A stretch of DNA of 64,000 bases, from positions 44,983 through 108,982 of the forward strand of contig CAZRGV010000002.1 of the NCBI GenBank assembly GCA_964599655.1, given 5' to 3'. The position numbers and the translations under genes were made by a program. This document shows positions 35,987 through 45,800 of this stretch, piece by piece. A model generated the notes under the pieces. The model searched no databases. It worked only from the letters and a program-made list of their open reading frames with translations, and was not told where the DNA came from. This DNA comes from an uncultured Isosphaeraceae bacterium (GTDB lineage Bacteria > Planctomycetota > Planctomycetia > Isosphaerales > Isosphaeraceae). Within the stretch, counting starts at the first letter, position 1, and the number at the start of each line of letters is the position of its first letter.

Positions 35987-36898
35987 ATGCCCGAAACGGG
36001 TCGTTGCCACAAGGGGATCATCCTGGCCGGCGGGACCGGGACAAGGCTGTACCCGATCACCCGCGCCGTCAGCAAGCAGATGCTGCCGGTCTACGACAAG
36101 CCGATGATCTACTACCCGCTGTCGACCCTGATGCTGGCCGGCATTCGCGAGCTCCTGCTGATCTCGACGCCGCACGACCTGCCCGGCTTCGAGCGGCTTC
36201 TCGGCGATGGCGCCCAGCTCGGACTCTCGATCCGGTATGCCGAGCAACCCCGGCCCGAGGGGCTGGCCCAGGCCTTCCTGATCGGCCGCGACTTCGTCGG
36301 CCAAGAGAACGTCGCCCTGATCCTCGGCGACAACATCTTCTACGGCCAGGGGTTCCAGGCCATGCTCGCCCGCGCCGCCGGACGCGAGACCGGCGCCACG
36401 ATCTTCTCCTACGCGGTCCGCGATCCCCAGCGCTACGGCGTGGTCGAATTCGACGCCGAGGGGCGTGCCCTCTCGATCGAGGAAAAGCCCACCCATCCGA
36501 AATCGCACAACGCGGTCACCGGCTTGTATTTTTACGACAATCAGGTTCTTGAGATCGCGGCCGGCCTGAAGCCCTCGGCCCGTGGCGAGCTGGAAATCAC
36601 CGACGTCAATCGCGCCTATCTGCAACGCGGGCAACTCCACGTCGAGCAGTTCAGCCGCGGCTTCGCCTGGCTCGACACCGGCACGCCCGAATCCCTGATG
36701 CAAGCGGCCAACTTCGTCGAGACGATCGAAGCCAGGCAGGGCCTGAAGATCGCCTGCATCGAGGAGGTCGCCTACCGCATGGGCTTCATCGCCCCGGAGC
36801 AACTCCAGGCCCTGGCCGATCTTATGCCCAACGACTACGGGCGCTACCTCCTCGAGATCCTCCGGGAACCGGGCCGACCCTCCCCCGGAGTCGCCTGA
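35987..36898 (+). CDS. rfbA: Glucose-1-phosphate thymidylyltransferase
   Basis: [48 protein letters not shown] and [11 protein letters not shown] 35987 lies 1 nt after the rfbB stop. Confidence 0.9.
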   Translation: MPETGRCHKGIILAGGTGTRLYPITRAVSKQMLPVYDKPMIYYPLSTLMLAGIRELLLISTPHDLPGFERLLGDGAQLGLSIRYAEQPRPEGLAQAFLIGRDFVGQENVALILGDNIFYGQGFQAMLARAAGRETGATIFSYAVRDPQRYGVVEFDAEGRALSIEEKPTHPKSHNAVTGLYFYDNQVLEIAAGLKPSARGELEITDVNRAYLQRGQLHVEQFSRGFAWLDTGTPESLMQAANFVETIEARQGLKIACIEEVAYRMGFIAPEQLQALADLMPNDYGRYLLEILREPGRPSPGVA

Positions 36899-37286
36899 CG
36901 AAGCGGCCGGATCCGCTCGGGCTCCATCCCCGACGATCGGCGAGGCGTACTTCGGAACGCCACCACGGGCCGGAGCTCTTTCACGCTCCCGGCCAGTTGC
37001 GCCCGTCGCGGCAGCAGCCCGGTCTCAACCTCCTTCCGCCTGGCCGGCGTGGCGGACTGGTTCCACAGGATCGCCCACTCCTTCTCCAGCGGGATTCTGC
37101 GTTGTTGTCGGAGTTCGATCTGTGCCCGTGCTTGCGGGATTTCCGGCTCCTTGAGCCAGCCGCTATGGATCGCGTGGTTCAAACTCCTGATCTCGGCAAC
37201 GATCATCTGCCATGCATCGAACGACCCGGTTCCGCGGCCCGCGCAGCGGGTCCGCTGCAACCGACGGTCAGGCCGAGAAATCGTTC

Positions 37287-37324
37287 TGACCCTTTTGTTT
37301 GCTGTTGACCCTTTTGTTTGCTGT
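37287..37324. repeat. Perfect tandem duplication, 2 x 19 bp (tgacccttttgtttgctgt), followed by gaattcc and a T9 run (37332-37340)
   Basis: Read directly: units at 37287-37305 and 37306-37324 are identical. They lie in an AT-rich non-coding patch. Confidence 0.95.
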
Positions 37325-37658
37325 GAATTCCTTTTTTTTTCTTGATAAGGGTTGTGCAGCGCGCCGTACTGGCCGTTCAGATGAGTATGATCGACCGGCT
37401 CAGTCGGGGCCGTCTGGGAAATCCCGATTAAGCCGAGAAACCCGGACCGGGCCTGAGCGCGTGGGAGTCGGCCATCGGGGATTCGCCCGGATCGCACGCA
37501 GTCAAGCAGCTATATAATCGGGATCTAAGCCAATTCATATATGAAAGCTGTGGATTGTTAATAGATCGAAATCCTTTCACTTGTTCGGGGTGGTCCGCAC
37601 TGAGGATGTGCGAGTCCGACTACCCCACTCTCCATACCTCCGATGGGAGCGTCTGTGA

Positions 37659-38198
37659 TGTGGCCTGACTCCGACGTCGCTCACGCCGCGTAATGTCTTC
37701 GACAACGGCGCCTTCACGCGTCGAGGCGCCAGGGCCGGCGAATTCACCGACGGCCTCGCGAACACCCTCGCATTCAGCGAGAAGCTGGTAGGCACTCCCC
37801 CTGGGTCGACATTCGACCCTGTACGCGATTGGAATGATCTCGGCGGCCAAATTCCTGGTGGCATCGCGTTGCCGGTTTCCCAATAGATCAAGATCTGTGA
37901 GAATCCCTTTGTTCGGAGTCCCGGCGTCGATCCGTCCGGGGGAAGCTGGCTGGTCGGCGGGGTCGTCGCGACCCTCTTCTACACGGCTGCCACACCCAAC
38001 GTGCGCATCTCTGACTGCGGATACCATTTCGATGTAGGAATCTTCTCCGCCAGGAGCCTGCACCCGGGGGGTGTCAACGCCTCGATGGCCGACGGCTCGG
38101 TTCGGTTCGTCCGCGATAGCATCGACGTCTCCTTGTGGCGCGCTTGGGGCACGCGCAGCGGGGGGCGAAGTCGTGTCATATGTCTAATATATATATAG
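37659..38198 (+). pseudogene. Remnant of a DUF1559 / prepilin-type H-X9-DG protein gene (5'-truncated, in-frame TAG at 37884)
   Basis: One frame reads ..VFDNGAF..EFTDGLANTLAFSEKLVG..PVSQ*IKICENPF..ATLFYTAATPN..SLHPGGVNASMADGSVRFVRDSIDVSLWRAWGTRSGG. H-PGGVNASMA-DG is an exact H-X9-DG motif. No N-terminal prepilin methylation segment was found upstream in any frame. Confidence 0.6.
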
Positions 38199-38451
38199 AT
38201 TATCGACGGCCCGTCGCGTGCCGCGGCGCCCGAGCGGGTCTGGATCGACAGGAGCCGGCAGGGGGCCCTGCGCCGCCGCTACGAGGCCGAGCAGACCGCC
38301 TTGCTGTTCCGGACGCTGAAGGAGCTGGCGCGGAACCGCCGCCAGGGCCCGTGCCTGGGCCGGGATCGGGCGACGGACGAGCGTCACGAAGCCGAATGGC
38401 AGCAGCAACTTGCGTCGCAGCAAGCCGCCGCCCCGGCCGCCGAGCCCGAAT

Positions 38452-38579
38452 CCCGAAACGAACCGAAATCCGAGCCCGGTTCCCCCACCCGAAACGAACC
38501 GAAATCCGAGGTGACCACGCCCGGACGATCGTCGCCGAATCCCTCGGCCTCGCCCTCCCGAAACGAACCGAAATCCGGG
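38452..38579. repeat. Three direct copies of a 23-bp unit cccgaaacgaaccgaaatccg[ag]g
   Basis: Copies at 38452-38474, 38488-38510 (identical) and 38557-38579 (one mismatch). Spacers are 13 and 46 bp. Confidence 0.9.
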
Positions 38580-38637
38580 GCCTTGACACCGGGATCAACG
38601 GCGACGCAACTTACACATCCATCAAGTCTTGCGTCGG

Positions 38638-39285
38638 CTAGCGGCCTTGACGGTCCTCCGCCCGCACTTCGAGGTGGAGGCTGGCGTTGAGGGTCAGGAC
38701 CTGGGCGGACTGGCCCTGGTCGTCGTAGTCGATGACGTTGATCCCGCCGTTGGACTGTCGGAGCGAACGCGCCAGGTCGATGGGCAGGCCGAGCAGACCG
38801 GCCAGGTACGCCCGGTTGACCACGTTGTGGCCGACCACGACAATCCGCTCGCCGGGGTGCGAGGCCGCCAGGCTTGCGATCGCCGGGGTGACCCGCCTCG
38901 CCACATCGAGGAACGACTCGCCGTCGGGGTAGGGGACCGTTCCCGGCTGGGCGTGGAACCGCTCGTACCGCTCGCGATCGGCGGCGAGGATCTCGTCCCA
39001 GGTCAGGCCCTCCCATCGACCGACGTCGGCCTCGGTCAGCTCGTCAATGGCCAACGGCTCCAGGCCATGGGGCCGACCGACGATCCGTGCGGTTTCCAAC
39101 GCCCGGGCCATCGGGCTGCTATACAACGCCGACAGCCGCAATCCAGCCAGCGCCTCGGCGGCGAGCCGGGCCTGCTCCCGGCCGGTCGGGTCGAGCGGCA
39201 GGTCGCTCCCTCGCCCCTGGAGCCGGTACGGAACCGCCTGGTTGACCGCCGTCGCCCCATGGCGGATCAGGTAAACCCGTGTCAT
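38638..39285 (-). CDS. Histidine phosphatase superfamily protein (phosphoglycerate-mutase-like)
   Basis: RVYLIRHGATAVN (RHG catalytic motif), LDPTGREQA and VVVGHNVVNRAY. Start reset to ATG 39285. Confidence 0.8.
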   Translation of the reverse strand: MTRVYLIRHGATAVNQAVPYRLQGRGSDLPLDPTGREQARLAAEALAGLRLSALYSSPMARALETARIVGRPHGLEPLAIDELTEADVGRWEGLTWDEILAADRERYERFHAQPGTVPYPDGESFLDVARRVTPAIASLAASHPGERIVVVGHNVVNRAYLAGLLGLPIDLARSLRQSNGGINVIDYDDQGQSAQVLTLNASLHLEVRAEDRQGR

Positions 39286-39556
39286 CTCCTGGCCACTCCG
39301 CCGCACCGCATCCGCCGTCGAGGTGGCGGACACCCAACCGTCCGGGCACCGGCCGGCCCGTCGCCTTGGGCCTCGATTCTAGGGGCCGGTTTTCCCGTCG
39401 GGCAAGTCGATTTATGATAGCATGGAACCGAAACCCGTCCGTTCCCCTCGGTGATCGGGTCCCGGGCGTCCAAGGCCGACGTTGCCACGAGGGGGCCCAG
39501 GCCGTATCATGACCGGCCACCGCTGGCGGAGCGGAAGAAACCAAGGAGACCGCCGG

Positions 39557-40156
39557 ATGCTCGGAGCGACCCTGGGGGTCGGAGCGTACCTGGACCGCGT
39601 TTGCCGCGAGATCCAGCGGCTCGACCTCGGCCAGATCGAACAGCTCAGTGACCTGATCGAAGCGGCCTATAACGATGGCCGGTTCGTTTTCATCATCGGC
39701 AATGGTGGCTCGGGAGCCAACGCCTCGCACCTCTGCGAGGACCTGGCCAAGTGCACCTTGCGCGACTTCGAGAACCAGAAGCGCCTCAAGGTTCTCAGCC
39801 TCACCGACAACACGGCCTGGATCATGGCCGTGGCCAACGATCTCCATTACGAAGGCATCTTCGTCGAACAGCTCAAAAACCTCGCCAGCCCCGGCGACCT
39901 GCTGCTGGCCATCTCCGGCTCGGGCAACAGCCCGAACATCCTCAAGGCCGTCGAGTGGGCCAATGCCAACGGCCTCTCGACCGTCGGTCTGACCGGCTAC
40001 AAGGGGGGCCGGCTCAAGACGATCGCCCAGCACAACGTGCACGTCGACATCGACGACATGGGCACGGTCGAGTCGCTGCATCTGGTCATCTTTCACTGGG
40101 TCATCGGGGACCTGTACCGCCGCTTCTCGGCCTCGACGGCCGTCGCCGCGGATTGA
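39557..40156 (+). CDS. gmhA: D-sedoheptulose-7-phosphate isomerase (SIS domain)
   Basis: FIIGNGGSGANASHLCEDL, LLLAISGSGNSPNILKAVEWA and GLTGYKGGRLK. AAGGAG lies 8 nt upstream of ATG 39557. Confidence 0.85.
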   Translation: MLGATLGVGAYLDRVCREIQRLDLGQIEQLSDLIEAAYNDGRFVFIIGNGGSGANASHLCEDLAKCTLRDFENQKRLKVLSLTDNTAWIMAVANDLHYEGIFVEQLKNLASPGDLLLAISGSGNSPNILKAVEWANANGLSTVGLTGYKGGRLKTIAQHNVHVDIDDMGTVESLHLVIFHWVIGDLYRRFSASTAVAAD

Positions 40157-40366
40157 GCCTGGTTCACCAACGGATCGGATCCGGGTTCACGATGACGTTC
40201 CTCGGATCGCAAATCGTTTGCTCGTAAAAACCAAAGATCCTCTGGGCACGCGTTCCGGCTCGCTCGAGCGGGCGTTCGCCGCCGCAGACCGGCCCGACCT
40301 CGGAACCTGGTCCATCGGCGAGAAGGCGGCTCGGCTCGACAAGGCGTGCCCAATCGGGGTGATCCG

Positions 40367-41320
40367 ATGCATATCGTGACGGGAGCCGCCGGCTTCATTG
40401 GCAGCAATCTGGTCCGCGCTCTGAACGCCCGGGGCGTTCGCGACATCCTGGCCGTCGACGACCTGGAGCAGGGGGACAAGTTCCGCAACCTCCGAGACTG
40501 CGACATCGCCGACTTCATGGACCGTCGCGAGTTTCGCGACTACGTCCGACGAGGCGCGCCGGGCCTCGAGGCCGAGGCCTTGCTCCATCAAGGCGCCTGC
40601 GCCGACACAACCGAGTCGGACGGCCGCTACATGATGGACAACAACTTCACCTTCTCCAAGGAACTGCTCCACTGGGCCCTGGGCCGTCGCGTGCCGTTCA
40701 TCTATGCCTCCAGCGCCTCGGTCTATGGCGCCGCTCGCCACTGCGACGAGATCCCTGAATGCGAGGGCCCGCTCAACGTTTACGCCTACTCCAAGCTCCT
40801 GTTCGATCAGTACGTCCGACGCCTGCTGGCCGATGGCGATGTCCCCAGCACGGTCGTCGGCCTGCGCTACTTCAACGTCTACGGCCCTCGAGAAGAGCAC
40901 AAGGGGCGCATGGCCTCGATGGTCTGGCAGCTCTACCATCAGCTCAAGCGGAACGGCGTCGCCCGGCTCTTCGAGGGAACCGACGGTTTCGCCGACGGGG
41001 AACAGAGACGCGACTTCGTCTTCGTCGGCGACGTGGTCGAGATCAATCTGTTCTTCGCCGAAGGGCCGGTCCGTCAAGGAATCTTCAATGTCGGCACCGG
41101 CACCAGCCGCAGCTTCAACGACATCGCCCGCATTCTGATCGAGCGGCTGGGGCGGGGGGAAATCCAGTACGTGCCGTTTCCCGAGTCGCTCCGGGGCAAG
41201 TACCAGAGCTTCACCGAGTCGGACATCACCCGGCTTCGGGCCGCCGGCTTCGACCGGCCCATGACCTCGCTCGAGGACGGAATCCGACAGCTCTGCGAGC
41301 AAGTCGAGGACCTCGCATGA
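40367..41320 (+). CDS. hldD: ADP-L-glycero-D-manno-heptose 6-epimerase
   Basis: MHIVTGAAGFIGSNLVRALN, HQGACADTTE, YAYSKLLFDQYV and RYFNVYGPRE, the HldD/RfaD pattern. Confidence 0.85.
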   Translation: MHIVTGAAGFIGSNLVRALNARGVRDILAVDDLEQGDKFRNLRDCDIADFMDRREFRDYVRRGAPGLEAEALLHQGACADTTESDGRYMMDNNFTFSKELLHWALGRRVPFIYASSASVYGAARHCDEIPECEGPLNVYAYSKLLFDQYVRRLLADGDVPSTVVGLRYFNVYGPREEHKGRMASMVWQLYHQLKRNGVARLFEGTDGFADGEQRRDFVFVGDVVEINLFFAEGPVRQGIFNVGTGTSRSFNDIARILIERLGRGEIQYVPFPESLRGKYQSFTESDITRLRAAGFDRPMTSLEDGIRQLCEQVEDLA

Positions 41321-42804
41321 ACGCCGCGCCTTCCAGGCTCGAGGGCTTGATCCGGGCGATGCGCCCCTGCTCGGTGGCGGTCATCGGCGACGTGATGCTC
41401 GACCGCTACGTCAAAGGGCAGGCCAACCGCCTCAGTCCCGAGGCCCCGATCCAGGTGCTCGACGTCAACGACGAGTACCAGATGCCGGGAGGCGCCGCCA
41501 ACGTCGCGATGAAGGTGGTTGGCCTGGAATCGAAGGTCGCCATGGTCGGCCTGGTCGGCGACGACGCCTCGGCCGCCGAGCTTCGAACCTTGCTCGCCAG
41601 CCACCCCGACGTGGCCGACCGGCTCGTGGCCGATCCCGACCGCTCGACCACCGTCAAGACCCGGTTCATCGCTCACAACCAGCAGCTCCTCCGGGTCGAC
41701 CGCGAGCGACGCGGCGTGCCCAGCCGCGACGTCCGCGAACGCCTGGCCGAAGCTGCCTATCAAGCCTCGGTCGAGGCCGACGCCGTGATCCTCGAAGACT
41801 ACGGCAAGGGGGTGCTCGGCCCCGAGGTCATCGCCGCCACCCTGGCCGGTGCCCGCAAGAGCGGCGCTCCGGTGGTGGTCGACCCCAACGGTCGAGACTA
41901 TCGCCGCTATGCCGGCTGCACCGTGCTCACCCCCAACCTCAAGGAAACCGAGGTCGCCGCCGAACGGCCAATCACCGACATGGCCAGCCTCCAGCAGGCC
42001 GCCGAGTTCCTGGTCGACCAGACCCAGGCCGCCCTGGCCGTCACTCGTGAAAGCGAGGGGATCTCCCTCTTCCGTCGCCAAAACGGCGCGATGGTCCACA
42101 ACCACGTGCCGACCGTACCCGTCGCCGTCTACGACGTCACCGGCGCCGGCGACGCCGTGGCCGCCAGCCTGGCGATCGCCCTGGCCAGCGGCATCGAGAT
42201 GGTCGACGCCTGCGCCCTGGCCAATCTGGCCGGCCGGGCCGTCGTCCGCCAGTTCGGCGTCGGCGCCATTTCGATCGGCCACCTGCTGGCCGAGGCCAGC
42301 GAGGCCGCCGGCAGGGCCTCGGGCAAGGTCGTCGACCTGGCCTATGCCCGGCAGCGGGCCCTGGAGGTCCGACAGGCCGGCGGCAAGGTCGTCTTCACCA
42401 ACGGCTGCTTCGACATCCTCCACTACGGCCACGCGTTTCTGCTGCAATTCGCCCGGTCCCGAGGCGATTTCCTGATCCTCGGCCTGAACACCGACGCCTC
42501 GGTCCGACGCTACAAGGGGGCCGACCGGCCGTTCGTCTCCGAAGATCAGCGCTCGTACATGCTCTCGCTCTATCCGTTCGTCGACTTGATCGTCCTCTTC
42601 GATGAAGATACGCCGATGACCTTGATCGAGGCCATCCAGCCCGACGTGCTGGTCAAGGGAGGCGACTACACCCCCGACACCGTCGTCGGCCGCGAGTTCG
42701 TCGAGTCCTACGGCGGCCAGATCGCCATCTGCCCGAGGCTCGAGGGCCTGAGCACGACCGACCTCGTCCGCAAGATCCAGGATCGCCGCAACGGCGACGA
42801 TTGA
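41317..42804 (+). CDS. hldE: Bifunctional D-beta-D-heptose 7-phosphate kinase / heptose 1-phosphate adenylyltransferase
   Basis: N-terminal ribokinase-like VIGDVMLDRYV..PGGAANVA..DVTGAGDAV and C-terminal cytidylyltransferase TNGCFDILHYGHAFLL. ATGA overlap with the hldD stop (41317-41320). Confidence 0.9.
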   Translation: MNAAPSRLEGLIRAMRPCSVAVIGDVMLDRYVKGQANRLSPEAPIQVLDVNDEYQMPGGAANVAMKVVGLESKVAMVGLVGDDASAAELRTLLASHPDVADRLVADPDRSTTVKTRFIAHNQQLLRVDRERRGVPSRDVRERLAEAAYQASVEADAVILEDYGKGVLGPEVIAATLAGARKSGAPVVVDPNGRDYRRYAGCTVLTPNLKETEVAAERPITDMASLQQAAEFLVDQTQAALAVTRESEGISLFRRQNGAMVHNHVPTVPVAVYDVTGAGDAVAASLAIALASGIEMVDACALANLAGRAVVRQFGVGAISIGHLLAEASEAAGRASGKVVDLAYARQRALEVRQAGGKVVFTNGCFDILHYGHAFLLQFARSRGDFLILGLNTDASVRRYKGADRPFVSEDQRSYMLSLYPFVDLIVLFDEDTPMTLIEAIQPDVLVKGGDYTPDTVVGREFVESYGGQIAICPRLEGLSTTDLVRKIQDRRNGDD

Positions 42805-42882
42805 GCCCTTTGCCTGGCACGCTCGAACGACGCGGAACCAGCGAGTCGGCGCCTCGCCTGGTCGGGAATCGGATGGCAAGCC

Positions 42883-45800
42883 CTAACGGGAACGGACAAT
42901 CCGTACGGTGCCGTCGTGCCAGCAGGCCGACAGCGCCGAACCATCGGGTGAGAAGGCGAGGGCGTTGGCCTGGCAGGGACGGCCTTCCAGGGGCAGGAGC
43001 TCCTGACCGACGATCGGGTCCCAGAGGTGGAGCGTCCCCGACTTGCCGGCCGCGGCAAGGGTCCGGCCGTCGGGCGAGAAGGTCAGGCAGCGCAGCTCGT
43101 CGTACTCGCTGTGCAGCGGTGCGAGGAGACGCCTCCGGGCCAGGTCCCAGCGTTGGAGGACGCCGTCCTCATGTGCCCAGGCGAGCGTGTGTCCATCCGG
43201 CGCAAAGGCCACCGCCGAGATCTTCACATCCCCCTCCCAGGTCCACAAGGCTCGCCCCGTGTCCACGTCCCAGAGCCTCACGGTCGCATCGTTGCCGGCC
43301 GAGGCCAGGATGCGACCGTCGGGCGAGAACGCGAGCTGACGGATCGCGTCGGAATGGCCGGCTAAGATCCGGAGGCAACGTCGCGCCGCGACGTCCCACA
43401 GGCGGATCGTGCGATCGGAGCCGGCAGAGGCGAGCAGGCGGCCGTCCGGGCGGAAGGCGACGGTGCGGACCTTGTCCGTATGGCCGTCGAGCGCGGCGAG
43501 GAGTTCTCCGGTCGCGGCATCCCAGAGGCGGAGGTTGTGCTCCGGCAGCAGGCAGGCCGTAGCGAGGACGCGGCCCCCCGGCTGGAACGCGACCGCGCCG
43601 GTGGTCGCGTCGTGCGCCTTCCAACCACGCAGGAACCGACCCGTCGCGGCGTCCCAAAGCTTGAGCGTCTGGGGATCGTCGTCGTCGGCGCCCGAAGCGA
43701 GGAGGCGGCCGTCGCCCGAGAACGCGATGGCCCACGCCTCATCGGCGTGCCCGGCCGGCTGGGACTCGGGGGCGGGCTCGAAGTGCCAGAGGACGGCCCG
43801 TCCCCCGGAGAGAAACACGATCGAACCACCGTCGGGCAAGCCGAACAGGTGGCTGACAGGCTCCAGACGACCGGGGAAGGTCGCCCGAAGCGCGCCGCCG
43901 GCCCGCTCGTAGACGCGCAGGGGATGCGAGCCCGTGTGGTCGTTGCGGTAGCTCCAGGCAAGCCGCAGACCGCCTGACAGGAGGACGGAGTTGCCAAAGG
44001 AGTTCGACTCATCGCCCGGATCGACCTGGTTCGCCCACGACGTTCCTGTATCGAGATCATAAAGCCGCATCGTGCCCTCGAAGCCCTGGGCCAGGAGGGA
44101 GCGTCCGTCGGGGCTGAACTCGAACTCGGTGATCGACCAGCCGCTGGGCAGATCGCCGCGTTCGAGGAGCCGCCGGCCCGTCTCCACCTCCCAGACGTCC
44201 AACCTGAGAGGACCTCCCGGCTTGACCCTGGCGGTTGCGAGGAGCCGGCCGTCGGGAGAGAAACCGAGCCCGTGGCACCCCGGGTCCATGGGAGTCAGCC
44301 GGCAAAGCGGCCGGCCGGAGAGGGGCTCCTCGACCACCACGTCGCAGCCCACGTCTTCGAAGCCGGCGACACGCCGACCATCGGCCGACACGGAGAAGTT
44401 CTCGCCGCTCCGCCAGCGTCGGATCAGTCGGGGGTGGAGGGCCCCCGGCCCTCCTTCCAGCTTCCACAGACCAATGTCCAGTCGTCCGTCAGGGGGCAGG
44501 GACTGCACCCACAGGTAATCGCCCGAGGGATCGAATCGAAGGTTCCAGACGTCCCGCGTCTCGAAGCCATCGACGCGGGCCAGGGTCCGGCCGGACTCGA
44601 CCTCCCAGACCCGCACTTCGCCCACGTCGGCACGGGATGCGACGAATTCGTGGCTCGCACCGGAGGCGATCCGACGGCCGTCCGTTGAGAAGGCCAGAGC
44701 GCTCACCGACAAGCGTGGCCCGCGGAATCGGCGGCGAATCGCCCCCGTGGCCGTGTCGCGGATGCGAATGGTCCCGTCCCGGTCGCCGGTCGCGACCAGA
44801 CGTCCATCGGCCGAGAGGGCGAGCGACCGGACCAGCTCATCGCGCCCGGAAAGGACCTCCACCGCGCGCCGCGACTCGCGCCAGAGGTGGTGCCAGGCGA
44901 ACCCGCGAAGGTCATCCTCGTCGGGGCCGGGTTGGCAGTCGAGGAGGATCTCTTGCGCCTTCTCGAAGCGCCGAGAAACGAGGGCCTCACCCGCCTGCCG
45001 GAGACGGAAGGCGTAGAGATGGTGGTCGGCAATGAGCCGTCGCTGTTCGGCCAGGTCGCGCTGGGACTCCAGCTCGCGCGAGAGTCCCCCGGCCCGGTCG
45101 TGCTCCTTCCGCAGTCGCTCGTTGTGGGCGCGGAGCCAGTTGTTGGACCAGAGCAACCCCCCACCGAGCGACAGCACGGCCAGGACCGCGAACAGGGCCA
45201 CCGAGGCCACCAGCGCGCGGTTGCGGCGCGCCCAGCGTCCGAGCCGCTCCAGCCAGCCCGGCGGACGCGCCGTGATCGATCGCGCGTCGAGAAACCGACC
45301 CAGGTCGTCCGCGAGGTCGCGGGCCGTCGCATAACGGTCGGACGGCTCCTTGGCCAGGGTCTTGTGGATGATCGTCTCGAGGTCGCGGGGCACGGCCGGG
45401 TTGACCTTCCGGAGCGGGATCGGCTGGTCCTGGGCGATCTTGCGGAGGATCTCGCTTCGGTCGCCGCCATCGAAGACGGGCCGGAGCGTCAGCAGCTCGT
45501 AGAGGGTCGCGCCCAGCGAGTAGATGTCGGTCCGTCCGTCGATCAGGCCGCGACGGGCCATCGTCTGCTCGGGGCTCATGTAGCGAAGGGTGCCGACGAC
45601 GTCGCCGGTGAGGGTCAGGTGGCTGTCCCCCTGGACCAGAGCCAGGCCGAAGTCGGTGACCCAGAGGTGGCCGGCCACGTCGAGCATCAGGTTGGCGGGC
45701 TTGATGTCGCGGTGGAGCACGCCCCGGCTATGAGCGTGATCGAGGGCCTCGGCGGCCCGCCGTCCCTGCTCGGCCACGGCGCGGATGTAGCGTCGCTCGC

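Noticed and set aside
30482-36898. N-terminal extensions in the ORF track (e.g. 30482-32149, 34636-35985, 35804-36898, 40759-42804, 16053-17489, 17389-18213, 13507-14913)
   Set aside because: The extensions overlap the preceding gene, are Arg/Pro-rich, and precede an internal ATG after which the conserved family N-terminus begins. Starts were therefore reset. Exact starts remain unverified.
36844-37497. 217-aa minus-strand ORF after rfbA
   Set aside because: It runs antisense into the rfbA 3' end. Only a short central stretch (..IRSLNHAIHSGWLKEPEIPQARAQIELRQQRRIPLEKEWAILW..) looks protein-like, and I recognised no family. I treat it as a possible gene remnant within the decayed spacer, not as a feature.
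38452-38579. Possibility that the three 23-bp repeats are a CRISPR array
   Set aside because: The repeats are too short, there are only three copies with unequal 13- and 46-bp spacers, there are no cas genes, and there is no dyad symmetry in the unit.
38135-38690. ORFs 38135-38641(+), 38301-38690(+) and 38200-38598(-) covering the 23-bp repeat region
   Set aside because: All are low-complexity. The most protein-like frame has no ATG/GTG start after the upstream stop at 38196-38198 (only a TTG at 38301), and it overlaps the convergent phosphatase gene end. They were not called as CDS.
40187-42879. Minus-strand ORFs of 371 aa (40187-41302) and 601 aa (41074-42879) opposite hldD and hldE
   Set aside because: They have shadow-ORF composition (G/A/D/V/R-rich, no motifs), whereas the plus strand encodes textbook HldD and HldE.
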